Source of the DNA: Klebsormidium nitens
Lineage: Eukaryota; Plantae; Klebsormidiophyceae
NCBI GenBank assembly: GCA_000708835.1
Contig: DF237060.1
Span: 124,001-188,000, forward strand
Length of the DNA stretch: 64,000 nucleotides
Reading direction: 5' to 3'
Below are positions 24,201 through 36,831 of this stretch, piece after piece. Numbering within the stretch: the stretch's first letter is position 1; every line of letters begins with the position of its first letter. The notes under the pieces were generated by a model. That model made no database searches. It saw nothing but the letters and a program-made list of their open reading frames with translations, and had not been told where the DNA came from. The position numbers and the translations under genes are program-made.

Positions 24201-27200
24201 GGCTCCACTCCCAGCGGTCCAATTCAGCACCCACCCACCCACCCACCCACCCAATTCAGCACCCACCCACCCACCCAATTCAGCTCGTTCAGCAGGCCGG
24301 AACCGGAACGGTACCCGCCAAAAAGGGCCACGTCGCGGCCGGAGGGCAGCAGGCAGCAGGAGGCGTGGGAGAGGGGGCCGGGGCGAGCGCCCATGCCGAG
24401 GTCGGGCTGTGACCAGTGGAAAGTGCCTGAAGGGCGAAAAGTTGTTTAAATTTAGTGCAGAAGTATGAAGGGTGTAAAGTATGCAAACGATGGGCGATCC
24501 ATCTGGCTCAGTGACTAACCCCACTCTTATCTCTGACACGCAATAATCGGACAATCCAGATGCGACTGAGAAAAGTAGACAAGATGTACGCAGGCCAAAC
24601 CATGCCAGAATCAATCAAACCAAGGACAACGAGCCGGAGACAGCTTCGTGCGAAGGAGGTGCTGAGAATCTGTGGGATTAGACGAATAGAAGTGGTGCTT
24701 CTAACACCCTATTGCCATGAACAAGACCAATTGCCCACTTGACGAAAAGCACTAGAAGATCGTGCAGGCGCTGAAAAACATCTTACCGATCGTGCAATTA
24801 ATCCTTCAATCCTGCTTTGTTAAGAGTAAGTATGCCGGCGAGCTTCGTGTAGAAAAAAGCAGACCTCCAGTACGCGGCCAGGCTGGTCTGCATCGCACCT
24901 TGTCTGGGTAATACTCTGTTGACCATTTTGTTGGAGGATTTCGTAATCTGAAGGGCAGATGGTCGCCGCTTGTCAGTGGGGAAGAGAGTAGGCCTGCTTT
25001 TCTTACCTCCGTCGTCGCTCACATTCAAGACGTGTAAGTCCGCCAGCTCCTCGCTCCCATCGAAGCCCCCAAAGACGGGCTGCATCCGCCGCCCGGGGAT
25101 GGCGCACGCGCAATGGTCGTTGCGCGCCAGTGGGGCTTCCGACGATTCTGACATCTCCTCCGTCCAGGCTTAATATTCTGTGTTCAAAAGACGGTGACAT
25201 GAGATGCTCAGTTGAAAGACGGTGAGGATGGATGCTCAGGTGAAATCTCCTTGAATCACCTCTGTAGTACTCATCTTTTACGGCCATGACAAAATCGTCA
25301 AAGTGGGGATTATTCGATTCGCATTGCGATACTCGTATAGTCCCTGCGGCCAAACACTCACAGCTTCCGACCCAGGCAAGCACAGACAGTCGCAACAAGG
25401 AGTCTGACTCCACCCTAGGTCACGCTTGCTCTATAGCAATAGAAGGAAAGAACTGGCACAAAATGGTTGCCACGTCATCCTGACAGGCACTTGCGATTGT
25501 GCGGGTAAGCCGCGACCTACCGTCCAGCATCCCACTGCTCCGGGAACAGGAAATCGCGCGCTCGCAAGATCTGCTGACGCGAGCAGTGTGCGCCTCTCCG
25601 CCTGGTACTCCTCCAGCCAGGACAGAGCCTCGTGCTCTGCGCCGTCTCGGCAGCAGACAGGTTGGCTTGCAACTCGTGCATCCGCTTGGAGAAGCGATCG
25701 GAGGAGTCCTCGAGCTGAAGACGAACGCCCTCATCTGAAGAGTAGAAAGAATCAAATCTGTTGCAGCAGAAACCTTTCGAATCCTCCTTTTGGCAGACGC
25801 AAAAAGCACGCGCGGTCATGAGCATTGATCGTATGTGACGACAGCGAGTATGGGCAGCATGGGTCCTCCCAGAACAGAAGAAAGCACTAACGGATTGCCA
25901 AAAGTGTCCGGTTTCAGTGGAAGGCATGTGCGTACATCAGTCAATGAGGCAACTGAACAAGGAGCAGTCCGTTATGACTGTCATGAGCGTCATGAAATTG
26001 AACGTGTCACTCCTGAATGTCAAGTACTAGGTTCTTCGATGTCATCCATCAAAAAAACTCTGGAGTGCAAGCCGTTTGCACTCGAATCAGCATGAACTTT
26101 CAGAGACTTACTGAACCCTGTTGTCTTTCTATTGTATGCCACAGCATATGCGTGCACGGTGCGTCTAGACTCACTTGTCATCGACTTCCACTCCACAAAC
26201 GCCCTCCTCAAAGCACTGCGCCGGACCCGCTGCAACCCCCTGCTGACGAAAGCGCGGTGCCGCTTCCTTCCGACACACAAGCTACTCCACGCTCTCAGCA
26301 GCGTCTGCTTTCTCCTCAGGAACATTCTGTCCTTGAATGCTCTGACCGTTTCGCAAAGGCAACCCAACCCCACCTCTGAATTTGAGCCGCCCTCTTCTTC
26401 TGAATCTCCCGGCAACAAGCCCGCAGTACGCGCTTCCGCTCGACCAACTCGCACCAGCCCCACAACATAAGTCCTCGATCCCGGGCCTGCCATGTTTTCC
26501 TGCTTTCAGCCCCTTTCGCAGCTCCTCCCTTCTCCATATCACCAACAACTTCCCCAACAGCTTCCTTTTCTCGCTGCTCTAGCTGTCTCCCTCCACCCCC
26601 CAATGCGTTCAGCATAACCTGCGCATCCACTGCTGCCTGGGCCCGGTCTAAGAGCCTCTGCTTAAGGACAGAGGCCTTGCACAGCAAGGAATTATTCTGC
26701 GCCTCCCTCTGCAGTAGCTCCCGGGACCAATTGCTGCTCACGCTCTGCCAGGGCCTTCTGCTCTAGCGAAGCCAGCTCCGCAGCGTCCAGCTGGCGCTTC
26801 AGGGCTTGGTTCCTCCGCTCGAGGTCCAGCAAGGCTGAGTTCTTGTGCCATTCCCATTGGGAGCCTGGGACCTGCACAGAAAGATAAGCTAAGTTGCCTC
26901 TCTGATGGAATTGATTGATCCTCCCTGTCTACGGATGTTGGTGATGAACTTGAAAGCCTTGAAGCTAAGTCAGAGAGGATGACGAGGTGTCACGTTTCTA
27001 AGTTTGCTCTTCAAAAAAGGCTTTCAGAGAGTCTTGACCTGAAAGCATGCCCCTCGGTGATCAGCTTCCCTTCACAGGTCAACCTTCTTGCGGACCTCAT
27101 AATTGGCGCGGTTTTGAATTCCAAAAAGAGGGCCACCTATTGGCTCAAAAGAGCTGTCGAAGTTACCAACCACCACAGGACCTGGCGTTCCCCAAGCAAT

Positions 27201-28205
27201 GTCGTGAAAGGTGGTTCTTCGGAACACCCAAGGGGTGCAACGTAAAAACCAGAACGGCCAAGGAATCCAGCAACTGTCACAGTTCAGTCACATAATGAAC
27301 GGAAAGTAACAACACTTGGTGTGGACAAGTGTGTCTTTTCCTGGACAGCTGACTGCTTGGAGCAGAAAGTTTCAGCAAGAAGAAAAGTTCATTCCCAGCA
27401 GCATACCTTGATCCGCCAGACGCCCTCAATTTCAAATGCGCCGTCTGCTCCATCAATAGCAGAGGGGCCCCTAATTGATGCTGACAATTCCTCAAGGTCG
27501 ATCTTCTCCTTTTCTGGCCCGCTCCCCTTTCGAATACTTGCAGCTTTGGCGTTTGAGCTGCTTCTGCCAACCGATCTTGGAGCGATTTGTTCCTGGCCTC
27601 TAGATCCGGAAATGTGCCATTCTTCTGGTACTCCCATTTTGAGGCTGAAGCCCCTGATAAAGAGCAGAGAAGAAGAACTTTTTTATCTCGAACCTTTCAG
27701 TCTGCTTCTAGAAAAGTCATGTCAGGGCCCACTTCAAGGACTGACCACCTTGGACCTTCAAGGGTACTCAAGCTTCAACATCTGACAGTTCTTGATTCAT
27801 TCCATCTTTCCAAATCACCCCATACGATTGCCAACCACCACGACATCACTGCTACTCCAAGCCTAATCAGAGCTCAATTCCTATTGTAATGAAGGTGCTA
27901 CTTGTGCTGATTTCCACCTGGCTATCCAACTATCGATTAGACACGTCGACAAACCATGGAGCCAGCTTGCACCAGTCCTAATTAGCTGGACTGCTCCAAG
28001 AAAAGGAGAACTTATCACAAAAAGTCCCCTTCTCAATTGAGCAACTTCCACACGCGCGCGACCTTCATGAGAAAGTGGAAGGAACCTGCCACATGCTACA
28101 GTGGTGAGGATTGTCAACCTCCAGATGCATTGCATAAGCTTTTGGTCTACCGCCTTGGCCCAAAACGCTCACCTGTCTGGGGCTGCCAGTAGCTCCGAGC
28201 TCCAT
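21240..28205 (-). pseudogene. Decayed inverted paralog of the Sfi1-repeat/kelch/coiled-coil gene at 37624-46150
   Basis: Same start exon (MELGATGSPRQ|gtgagc, ATG at 28205) and same exon order. Lesions: frameshift near 26735, ~500 bp deletion within the Sfi1-like exon near 26490, in-frame TAA at 22858-22860, microsatellite insertion at 24220-24284, ~75 bp deletion near 21295, truncation at ~21240. Confidence 0.9.
24220..24284. repeat. (CACC)n microsatellite in a compound caattcagc-(accc)n repeat
   Basis: caattcagc at 24220, 24252 and 24276, separated by accc runs. Absent from the intact paralog (42408-42426). Confidence 0.9.
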
Positions 28206-28838
28206 TGTTTGCCCACCGAAGGACCTTCCGGGGATTTTACAGCGCTGCACAGGACGCTGCACAGTCAACGTTCTGCCACGAAAGGTCAAACCCCATCATC
28301 GAAAGAGAAGCCTGCACAGGCGGAAGTGAGAGCACAATTTGGCCCTCTCAGGAGTCTGATACCTAACTCGGGCCCGGGCCCCCGGGGTGCGCATGACGTC
28401 ACTAGCATGCAGTACCGGTAACTTATAAGTTACAGTTCTGTTCGCGCACGGGAGGTCGACAGGAGCCGTCACACCAGGCAAACGTCAGCCGACGGGATTG
28501 CCACCCGGTCGACTCAATCGAGGTGCGTCGGCCGAAAAGCCGACAGAATCAAGGTGTTTTTGGGGTGTTTGGCTAAAACAAGCCGACCGGTTCAAAAGTC
28601 CAGCCGACCGACCGCAGAACAACTCGGCCTGGGGCGGACATACGGTAAAAACTCCGTGTCGAACGCTGGTGAACAAACACTTACACGTTTATGAGTTGAA
28701 AAATTAGCGGCGACATTACCGGGAGCCCCTACAAATTCCGGTAGACTGTCCACCGTGGATACCTACCGTAGTAGGCTAGTACACATTGCTGCATTCTCAG
28801 TGCTCACACGCATCTGCATAATGCACTCTGCTTCTTTC

Positions 28839-31005
28839 ATGGCACTCTCTTCGTTACCAATGATACCAACGACCATGCCTCTCGGTGCATGAGAGACAGA
28901 GTTTGCTCACCACAATCTCTGCTCAGTGGTTGGCAATCGAAGCACGAGGCAAGATGTCCAGCGGAGGCACAACCCCGGCGCCCTCGCCAGCACCCGCTGG
29001 CAAGCATTCTACCTGCACCCGCTGCTCTTCTTCCACACACATTGCTGGGTTTGGTTCGCCATCTACTTGTTCACCATTCTGGCGGTTATGGGGGTGTGCT
29101 GCTGGAAGTACTGTATGCATGCCTGCTGTAAGAATATGCTCAAAGTACCCATTGAAAACTTCCACAAGCTGTACTTTTGGACCATTCAATACCACTGCAC
29201 GTCCCGCTTCTGCTTTCAAGCGCAGCTGCCCTTCGCAGAGATTTTTTTGGAGTGGTGCGAGAGCAGGGCCAAATATCATGTGAAGGGGATTCCTGTACCA
29301 GAGATCACCATCCAAGTGGTTAGCAGCGCACACTGGCTGTCTCTAGCGGGGCTAGCCTCTACTGCTGCAGTCCTAACCATTTTGCAGAAGCTGGATGGAG
29401 ACCATGGGGATTACAAGATTGCCAACAGGAATACAATAATCACCTTCTTTCTAGGCCTTTTGGCAATGACTGCCATGGTTCTGGTCGGCGTGGTTGACTG
29501 CGCGAATCGCTTAGAGGCGGCCGCGGTCCAATGGGTGATAACCACAGCGCTTCATGCGCTGAGCCCGGTGGAGCTTGCCTTTGGAGTTGCAAACGGCATC
29601 AGGCTGCACACATTCCAGCAGGCGCTGCAAGGCAAGGGGCCAGATGCTACGGAGCAGTGGGGGGATATGAAAGGCTCTGGGCACGAAGATGGCACTCCTT
29701 GCTACACTCAGATATTCACCCAAGGAGTTGACCCGCTGTCCGGCGTTGCTGCATTGTATCCCGGGGATCTGCCTCTGAAAGCACTTGCCACAGGGCTGAT
29801 AATGGTGCTTTCCTCGGTTGGCATCTACTACACAGATGCGAAAACTGATATAACAACTGCTGTTATCGGTGTAATGGTGTTGTATCTTGGGACAGCTGCG
29901 CTATGCATTCAGTACGTCCTCAACCTGAGGCTGGCAGCCATCAAGTTGACAAGAGCTGCTGAGAGGGCCTACAATGCAGCAGGGATTGCTTACTGGGTAC
30001 CTCGCTGGCCAGCATTTAGGGGACCAGGAAATGGTGATGGTTATGAACCAGATAGACTGAGGAACATTCTGAAGCGACAAGCAACTCAGGAAAGTCAATG
30101 AGGCAACCCTCAGTTTCACGCTAGCAGGTCAACTGACCTTTAAAGAGTTTGCACAAGATTACTTTCCATCCCGGTGGAAAGTACTGATTTGGCCGATACA
30201 GGAGCTGATACTTCCTTTCAAACATGAGCCTGCGGAACATCCACCAACCAATACTATACCAGAATTTAGCTACAAGCCTGAGGAAACCTTACAAAGACTT
30301 GAGAGCTCTATTAGAGCAATGGCCACCCTTTCCAGGTTGCCCCATGGGAGCAATCTAATGATCAATGAGGTCAGATGTGGTGAACGGAAGGTGCTCATCA
30401 GCAACACTGGAGTCTTTGACTCACAGCAATTCAGTGATCGCCTTGGAGTGGCAGTCGTCCAGGATCTTCTGGCTTTGGCTCACAAGGTTCAGCGCACGAC
30501 CAGAATACCTGAGGAATATTCCGTCAATTGGTGGCAAGCACAGGTGTCCATGGAAGAATTCATTGGTACAGTGACCAAGTACAGAAGCTTGGCCAACAAC
30601 CCCTCTTATGCCCCCGGAATTATTGCTACTCTAGGGGGCAATGGTGCATTCAGGCCGCATCGACTGCTAGCATCTCAGCATCCCAGGAGGTTCGGAAGTC
30701 CGAATCCAGGTGAGCAATCAATCCGCAAAGCCAATGATTATCAGTGCTCTAGCTATCCTCAGGCAGTTAGCAATCCACAATCAGAGCCTTACACACATTG
30801 TAAGGAGATTTATAATCTCAATCATTGCTGGTCGGCTGTTCAGTGCTTTGCATGTCTGTGCGCCTCGTTGTTTGGCATGGACCATACTCTCTCGAGCCCA
30901 AGTCCCTTGCAAAAGTTTCGCCATATCACCAAGGCTTTGGAAGAATACATGTTCTCCGTTAGGAATCAATCGTCAATTAGGTCTGCCAGGATGGACCTTT
31001 GTTGA
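28839..31005 (+). pseudogene. Intronless multi-pass membrane protein gene of unknown family, with a premature stop and a frameshift
   Basis: ATG 28839 is in frame with ORF 28926-30101 except for TGA at 28890-28892. A second frame is open from 30073 to 31005 (SDKQLRKVNEATLSFTLAGQLTFKEF...), overlapping the end of the first. About six hydrophobic segments (e.g. WVWFAIYLFTILAVMGV, IITFFLGLLAMTAMVLVGVV, ITTAVIGVMVLYLGTAALCI). Confidence 0.55.
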
Positions 31006-31973
31006 GAATGCATGTATTAAAAATATGCCATACGCTTTCTGTGATGTGCGAAAGGATCTCTTGGAGCTTTTTTACACCGTGTTGGCCCTGTTGAGCGGCA
31101 CCAGATATCCTCTCTCGCTCTCCTATAGGAACTTCTTATGTGGTCTACCAATCGGTGATTTTGGTACCTTGTTGTGTCACCGAAATACCGAAAGCCTATG
31201 CATCGGAATAAAGCCATTTTCCCCTACTCTGACAATTGTCCTACATGCAGTGCCGGCAGCCAACGGTGACGGTGCCGGAGACAATGCAGGGCAAGCGCAG
31301 GCCAATGGTGAAGCGGTTTGAGCAGTGGTGCATGGGGCCTTGAACCTTGTTTGGACTTTCTGCTTTTTGGAGTTTCTTCCCTTGATTATTGGAGCTCTGT
31401 ATTGGACCTGTTCGACATCGCACTGCCAAGGCAAATTCGCTAAGTAGAGCCGGTCGAAGCACGGAGTCAAAGCTAGAAGCAAGCTGATTTCCTCAATTTT
31501 TGAACCATGATTTGCAGCTTTAGGCCAGACTCATGGTAGCGCGCAGCCAGTGGTGCATTTTTGCCTCTATCTTATACATTTTCAGCTAGATACAAACATA
31601 GCTAAGCCTGTGAAGCATAATTGGTTGCTGATCTGGTACACTTCATGCACAGTCGTCAAACGAGCAGGGCAACACCATATGGCCGAAGCTTGCGGCATAT
31701 ATAGTGTGATACTTTAGTGTGATGCAACAGTCGTTAAGAAGCTTCCACTTCATGTCACTGCAATCTTGAAACCATGCAAAAGGTTGATGCGAACTGGACG
31801 GACGAATATACATGTTCTGACCTGGGCCCGGGGTACCGTACCTCTATTGGTACTGCACATGTACTATTATTGAGCTGTCGATTATATTCAGCTGCTGTGT
31901 CAAGTTACATAAACATAATCGTCGCGCCAGCCGTTTATACAAGCAGAATACCAATTGTTTTGAGATTGACTAG

Positions 31974-34900
31974 CTATCCAGACGCTAGTCTGACTACAGG
32001 TTCTCTCCCACGAGACTGCATGAGAAAGTAATAAAGAACCGCTGCAGTCGTAAAGCCAACAACCCAAGCATTATTATAAACCGTCCTCCAAATAGGCGGT
32101 ATGCTTGCCACGAACCCCGCCGCTTGCAGGAACCCTGGCACATTGGGCAACACCCCCACGGCAAGCGCAGTCAATGCGGCCGTATTATACCCCCCCCGAT
32201 ACCAATACTCGCTGTCTGGTCCATACGTATACAAGGCATCAACGTTCAGTTTTCGTCTCCGCAAAATAAAGTAGTCTGTGATTACTATCCCCCCGACAGG
32301 CCCCAAAAGGGCGGAGTAGCCGATGAGCCACGTGAAAATGAAGCCCTGCGTGCTCGAAATGAGGCGCCAGGGGGCTAAAACGAAGCCTAAGACGGCAGTG
32401 AGGAGCCCCCCCGCGCGGAAGCTGAAGCGCGTGGGGTCCAAGTTGACGAGGGCGTTCGCTGGCGCCACGACATTAGCCCTGCAGGATAGACGTCTTTGTG
32501 AGATGCGCCGTAATAGGAGGGACTCTGGGCTGGGAACAAGATTCACAAGTCACCTTGAGTAGTCGACGGATGGAAGACGACCGTACAATCAGACGTCCGG
32601 AATGAGCAGCGGCTGTTTGGAACGGGTCCTGATGGACGGGCCTCGATTCTGGTTTCAAAGGCCGTTATCAACACGGCATGGACAATTGTTAGCACTATGG
32701 GTCTTTATTCTTCGTTGAGAGGTTTGCCGAGTCGCAACTCGTAAGGTTCTCAAGAAATAGAGGTAGATCGTTGAAACGAAGAGGTTCCTGGAAGCGAGAA
32801 CGACATCAAGGTCTCTCGACCTGAGGGCAATTTAACATCTGATCGACCAGATTATCAAAAGGTCGTGCAATGACGTGGCAAGGCCCAAAACGTAATTAAG
32901 AGATATCACGTGTCAAAAAGCGAGCTTTGATGTTTCCTGAGAACCAAGAAAGTAGGTCCTTAACTACAAAAGTAAACATCAAACGAACTTGCGTAAGCCA
33001 GGAGCCAGGCCGACAAATTATATCACCTAGAAGAAAACAATTGCGCGCTCCAACTCTCAAGCAGTCGAATCGTTTCTCACAAGCCAGCGGACGCTCTGAA
33101 GTCGAAATCCTTTCTGATGTTTGCAATTCCGTTGGGTCAGAATCAGGCCTAACCGTTCGGTTGTCGGTTCGCTCGACCTATGCTGCATGCAGCCTCCCTT
33201 TCAGACTTCCTCAGTCCCATTCTTATGCAGGGTTTGTCAGCATGGGCCGCACAACTGTTGCAGACACTTGGAGCGCAATCCGAAACTCCAAGTTGATTAC
33301 GCAAAATTGTCGAAATGCTCACGCAATGTTCGTGGTCAGCGTCGCGAGCGTGAGCCCCAGCAGCGACAGCGCGATCGGAAGAACGCCCTCAATCCGTCCG
33401 AGGAGCGCGATTGGGTCCGAGATCGCCTCCCCAAAGATGACGACAGTCGCTGACGTCACGGCCAGGCCGACGAACGTGAACGCCGCCATGAAGAGCGGCA
33501 GGCCGATGGCTTGCCCCGTCAGCTGGTCCCGCTGACTGTGGGCGTACCTGGAAGGCGGGAGTAACGTCAGCGTACACGTCAGCATCCAGTAGGCAGAGAG
33601 TTAAGAGGACGAGCGGGCCTTAGCTCGCCGTCAGGATAGCGCGCGAGTGAGTCGTCGGTTGGTTCAGCCGCTTCGAGAAGGAGACTCCCAGCTAAAGGAG
33701 TTGTTTCACCTGGAAACCTCGGCGGCATGCTGAAGAAAAGGAAAGCGCTGTGCAGCGCAAAAGCGCTGTCGATGAGCGGAGACAAGAAGACGTGGACAGC
33801 TTCACTGAATGACACGGCTACGTACTCAGGAACGAAAAGACTGTAGGCAGTTGCAGGGTAATCGCAGAGGTTCTGCTAGATCTCGCTGAGAGTTGGCGAA
33901 ATGAACCACCTCCGAGATCATAGTCCCTCATTACAAGCAAATCCTCCGTCCTCTGGCAGGTGTTCCAGAAGATCAGGTGGAAGAAGACGGGAATGAAAGG
34001 AAAGAAAATAACGAAGGCACACAAGCGAATTCGTCGGTTGCTTGGAGATTGGCCGCTTCGCTCCACTTGGCTGCGGGGTGTAGAGACGCACCTGGTGAAG
34101 TCGGGGATGTTCAGACTCAGCGTCGCCCAGAAGCCCACATTGGCCGTCAGGGACGGGAAGAAGGCAGACCAGAACTGGCCCTCTTTCGGCCCCCCCGGAA
34201 CGAACTGAGACGGCGTCGAAAGCATGGAACCGAAACCCCCTGCCTGAGTGTAGGCCCATGCGAGAAGCGCGGCGCACATGAGAATAAGTACCGGGGCCGA
34301 GTACTTCTCGAGGTCGCGGATGGACTCAATTCCATTCCAGATGATCGCCACCTGCGTGAGGAGCGAGGCAAGCGTTTTGGTGCGAATCGAACGAAAGATT
34401 AAGCAGAAAGCTTCAGCGTCAGTCATGTTAGGAAGGCAAGAACGCTTGACATTGTGTCTTAGAAGCCTGAGCTGGGGGCGATCGGACGGCTTCAGGAGCC
34501 ACTCCCTAAGCCACTTCAAAAGCTGAGGCCTATGATCCATCCTCAAACGGTTGCGACAGGCTTAAATCGTTCAACTTACTTCATGTGCGGAACCACTATG
34601 GGCTGGCTCGAATGACATGATCGCAAGTTAGCCTCCTTTTGTGGCCTAGCTTATAAGACTAGATCTCACTTTTTCAAAAATAAACAAAAGAGTTATTCGT
34701 TGAAGCTAAGAACGAGCGTACTTTCGACAAATGTACCTCTTTACTCGAATCCGCTACGTAGATAGGCTCTACGCTCCTCAAAACAAATGCCGTTCCTCTG
34801 TGTTCACACACACAACTTTGTTCGACAAAACCGGTGGAAGGAGACCCACAAGTTCTTTGAGACTCCCCTCGGCTCGACCTCCCGGATTACTTTTCAGTGT

Positions 34901-36831
34901 ATGTCAGTCTGGGTCATCAATTCGAGAGGGATAACAGCCTAGGGGTTCTTAGTTGGTTCGAGCAAAGTCGCCATTCGCCTTTCACGGGTCTGGAACGAGT
35001 TGCTGCCCATTCCGCCCGAGTGGACAGAAGAGCCTTTTTAAGAAGCGATTGACCTTCTTCCCGACCCTTTGCTCCGTCCTCGTGCCCAACTCGAGGAGGC
35101 CGCCGATCTTCCTCACTCGACTCAAAGGTTCTCAGAAGCACGTGAAGCTCTCGGGTCTTGGCCCCCAACAAATCGCAGCAAAAATTTTATCTCCATCAGA
35201 CGCAACCCCAGTCTGAACTCGGATTCATGAACGGTAAGAAGCTGACTCAGGAAGGAGAAACAGAACCGTCCACCAACCTGGAGGCTCCAGAAGACGAAGA
35301 AGGACGCGAGTTCAGGCACCGACGTTCCTAGCCAGGGGGTAGGAGGCTGGGCCAATTTACCCCCCAGGCAGGCGTTGGCCAGGGTATAGATAGCCTGTCC
35401 CCCCACCCAGGACTGAATTCCGAACCAACCGCAGGCAACAAGGGCGCGGAGAAGGGAGGGGATGTTGGTGCCGAGAATTCCGAAGCTGGCGCGGCTTAGA
35501 ACGGGGAAGGGGATCCCATACTTGGTTCCAGGGTGGCCTGCGCAGAGGAATGCAATTAATGCAGTGAACAATAAGCTCAGCAAAGAACAGGTTTCAGTGC
35601 TGAGACAGGCGGGGTTTGTAAGGGGATTAGGGTGGGTACGCGGTGTGGAGCGCATGAATCTTTGGTTTGTGTTTTCAGTCAGGTTGAGGTTTGTTGTTTG
35701 ATGAGCTTCAGTTCACAAGCGCGGGGTAGGGGTGACAGGATGGTCGTGAGCATGATTTTGACGACTTACTGTTTCTGACATCCGCAGATTTGTGAACAAA
35801 ACTGGCTGGACAACCGTGATTTTGTGAAAATGTCGCGGCCGAAAGTGGGAAGGGACAGCGCAACCAAACTCACAAAGTCTCAGGGGTTGGTTCTGCATAA
35901 AAAGACTTGACTCCTCACAAGCAGCCCTCTCTGATGAATAATTCCAATGTAGAGCACTTTGGTTGCAGGCCTCTGCATTAATGACGACCACACTGTAGTG
36001 TGATGACAAGCCACCCTTGATGTTCTGACATCTCCATTAGTTTTCGTAACACTCAAGTTGACTTCAGAACTGGGCATCGATTCATTCTCACCATTGAGTA
36101 TCATTGGCAGCAGGACCAATAAGTTGCCACAAAAGACCGTCACTACCCCCTGCCACCAGGACATCCCCATTTCAACTAGCGACCCCGCCAGATAATAGGT
36201 CGGCACCTGTATGAAGAGGGCCAAGAATTTGATTCAGAAAGTAGTTCAAGACTTTCACAAGCAAAGAGAGGGCGCAGACTGCCTGATTGTGGAGGGCGCT
36301 TGGTGCGTGCAGTGCTTGCGCATCAATCTATTGGTGGCTGAGTTTGGAGGCTTCAACAAATCTTGCATTTTTACGTCAGCTCCAACGAGATAAAGGGACT
36401 CGAACAGGCCAGCTGACACAATGAGAAAAGATTCTCCGAGGCACATTGCAGTCGTGTGAGTAAAAATTCCGCACCGCAACCACCAGGCCGATCCAAAGTG
36501 AGGTCAGGTCCCAAATTGAGAAGATTCGCCCCTCAGGCATCGTCGGTTGGAAGTCCTCATTGATCAGAGAGGGGTGCGGGTTCTTGGGGAGTGAGGGCTC
36601 TATGGGCTCAAGGAGGGCGGCTGTGAAAGTTGGGGCAGAAGAGTCAGGTGGAAGGGGGCTCTCGTCTTTTGCGACTGCTCTGACGGCGTGCGTTGTTTTA
36701 CGAAGTTTTCTTGGCCGTTGCTTGTAGGGCAAGGATGGAGACTGTGGGGGTAGTGGAGACCGCTTCAGAGAGAAAGCAGATGTAGCTGAGTGAGAGCTCT
36801 TTGAAAAGCAGCAGTGGCGCTGATGTAGCAT
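31974..36831 (-). CDS. NCS1: Nucleobase:cation symporter-1 (purine/uracil permease, PLUTO-like) with Ser/Arg-rich putative plastid transit peptide
   Basis: Six exons: 36831-36475 (...NEDFQPT...[13 protein letters not shown]), 36206-36092 ([20 protein letters not shown]), ~35540-35275 ([22 protein letters not shown]...[10 protein letters not shown]), 34352-34092 ([12 protein letters not shown]...[16 protein letters not shown]), ~33548-33320 ([17 protein letters not shown]...LATLTTNIA), ~32481-31974 ([12 protein letters not shown]...[13 protein letters not shown]). Confidence 0.95.

Larger units (their letters stand above)
21240..28340. repeat. Left arm of a ~7-8 kb diverged inverted segmental duplication (right arm ~37490-45425)
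   Basis: The reverse complement aligns by eye from the promoter (gctctcacttc...tggggtttgacc...atccccggaag...caatggagc) through exons and introns to gagagttaccggagggag.gggatgcagcg. Confidence 0.9.

Noticed and set aside
28366-31860. Possible terminal inverted repeats enclosing the orphan membrane gene
   Set aside because: Only a 9-bp inverted match (tgcagtacc/ggtactgca) and gggccc-rich tracts in inconsistent order. Insufficient support.
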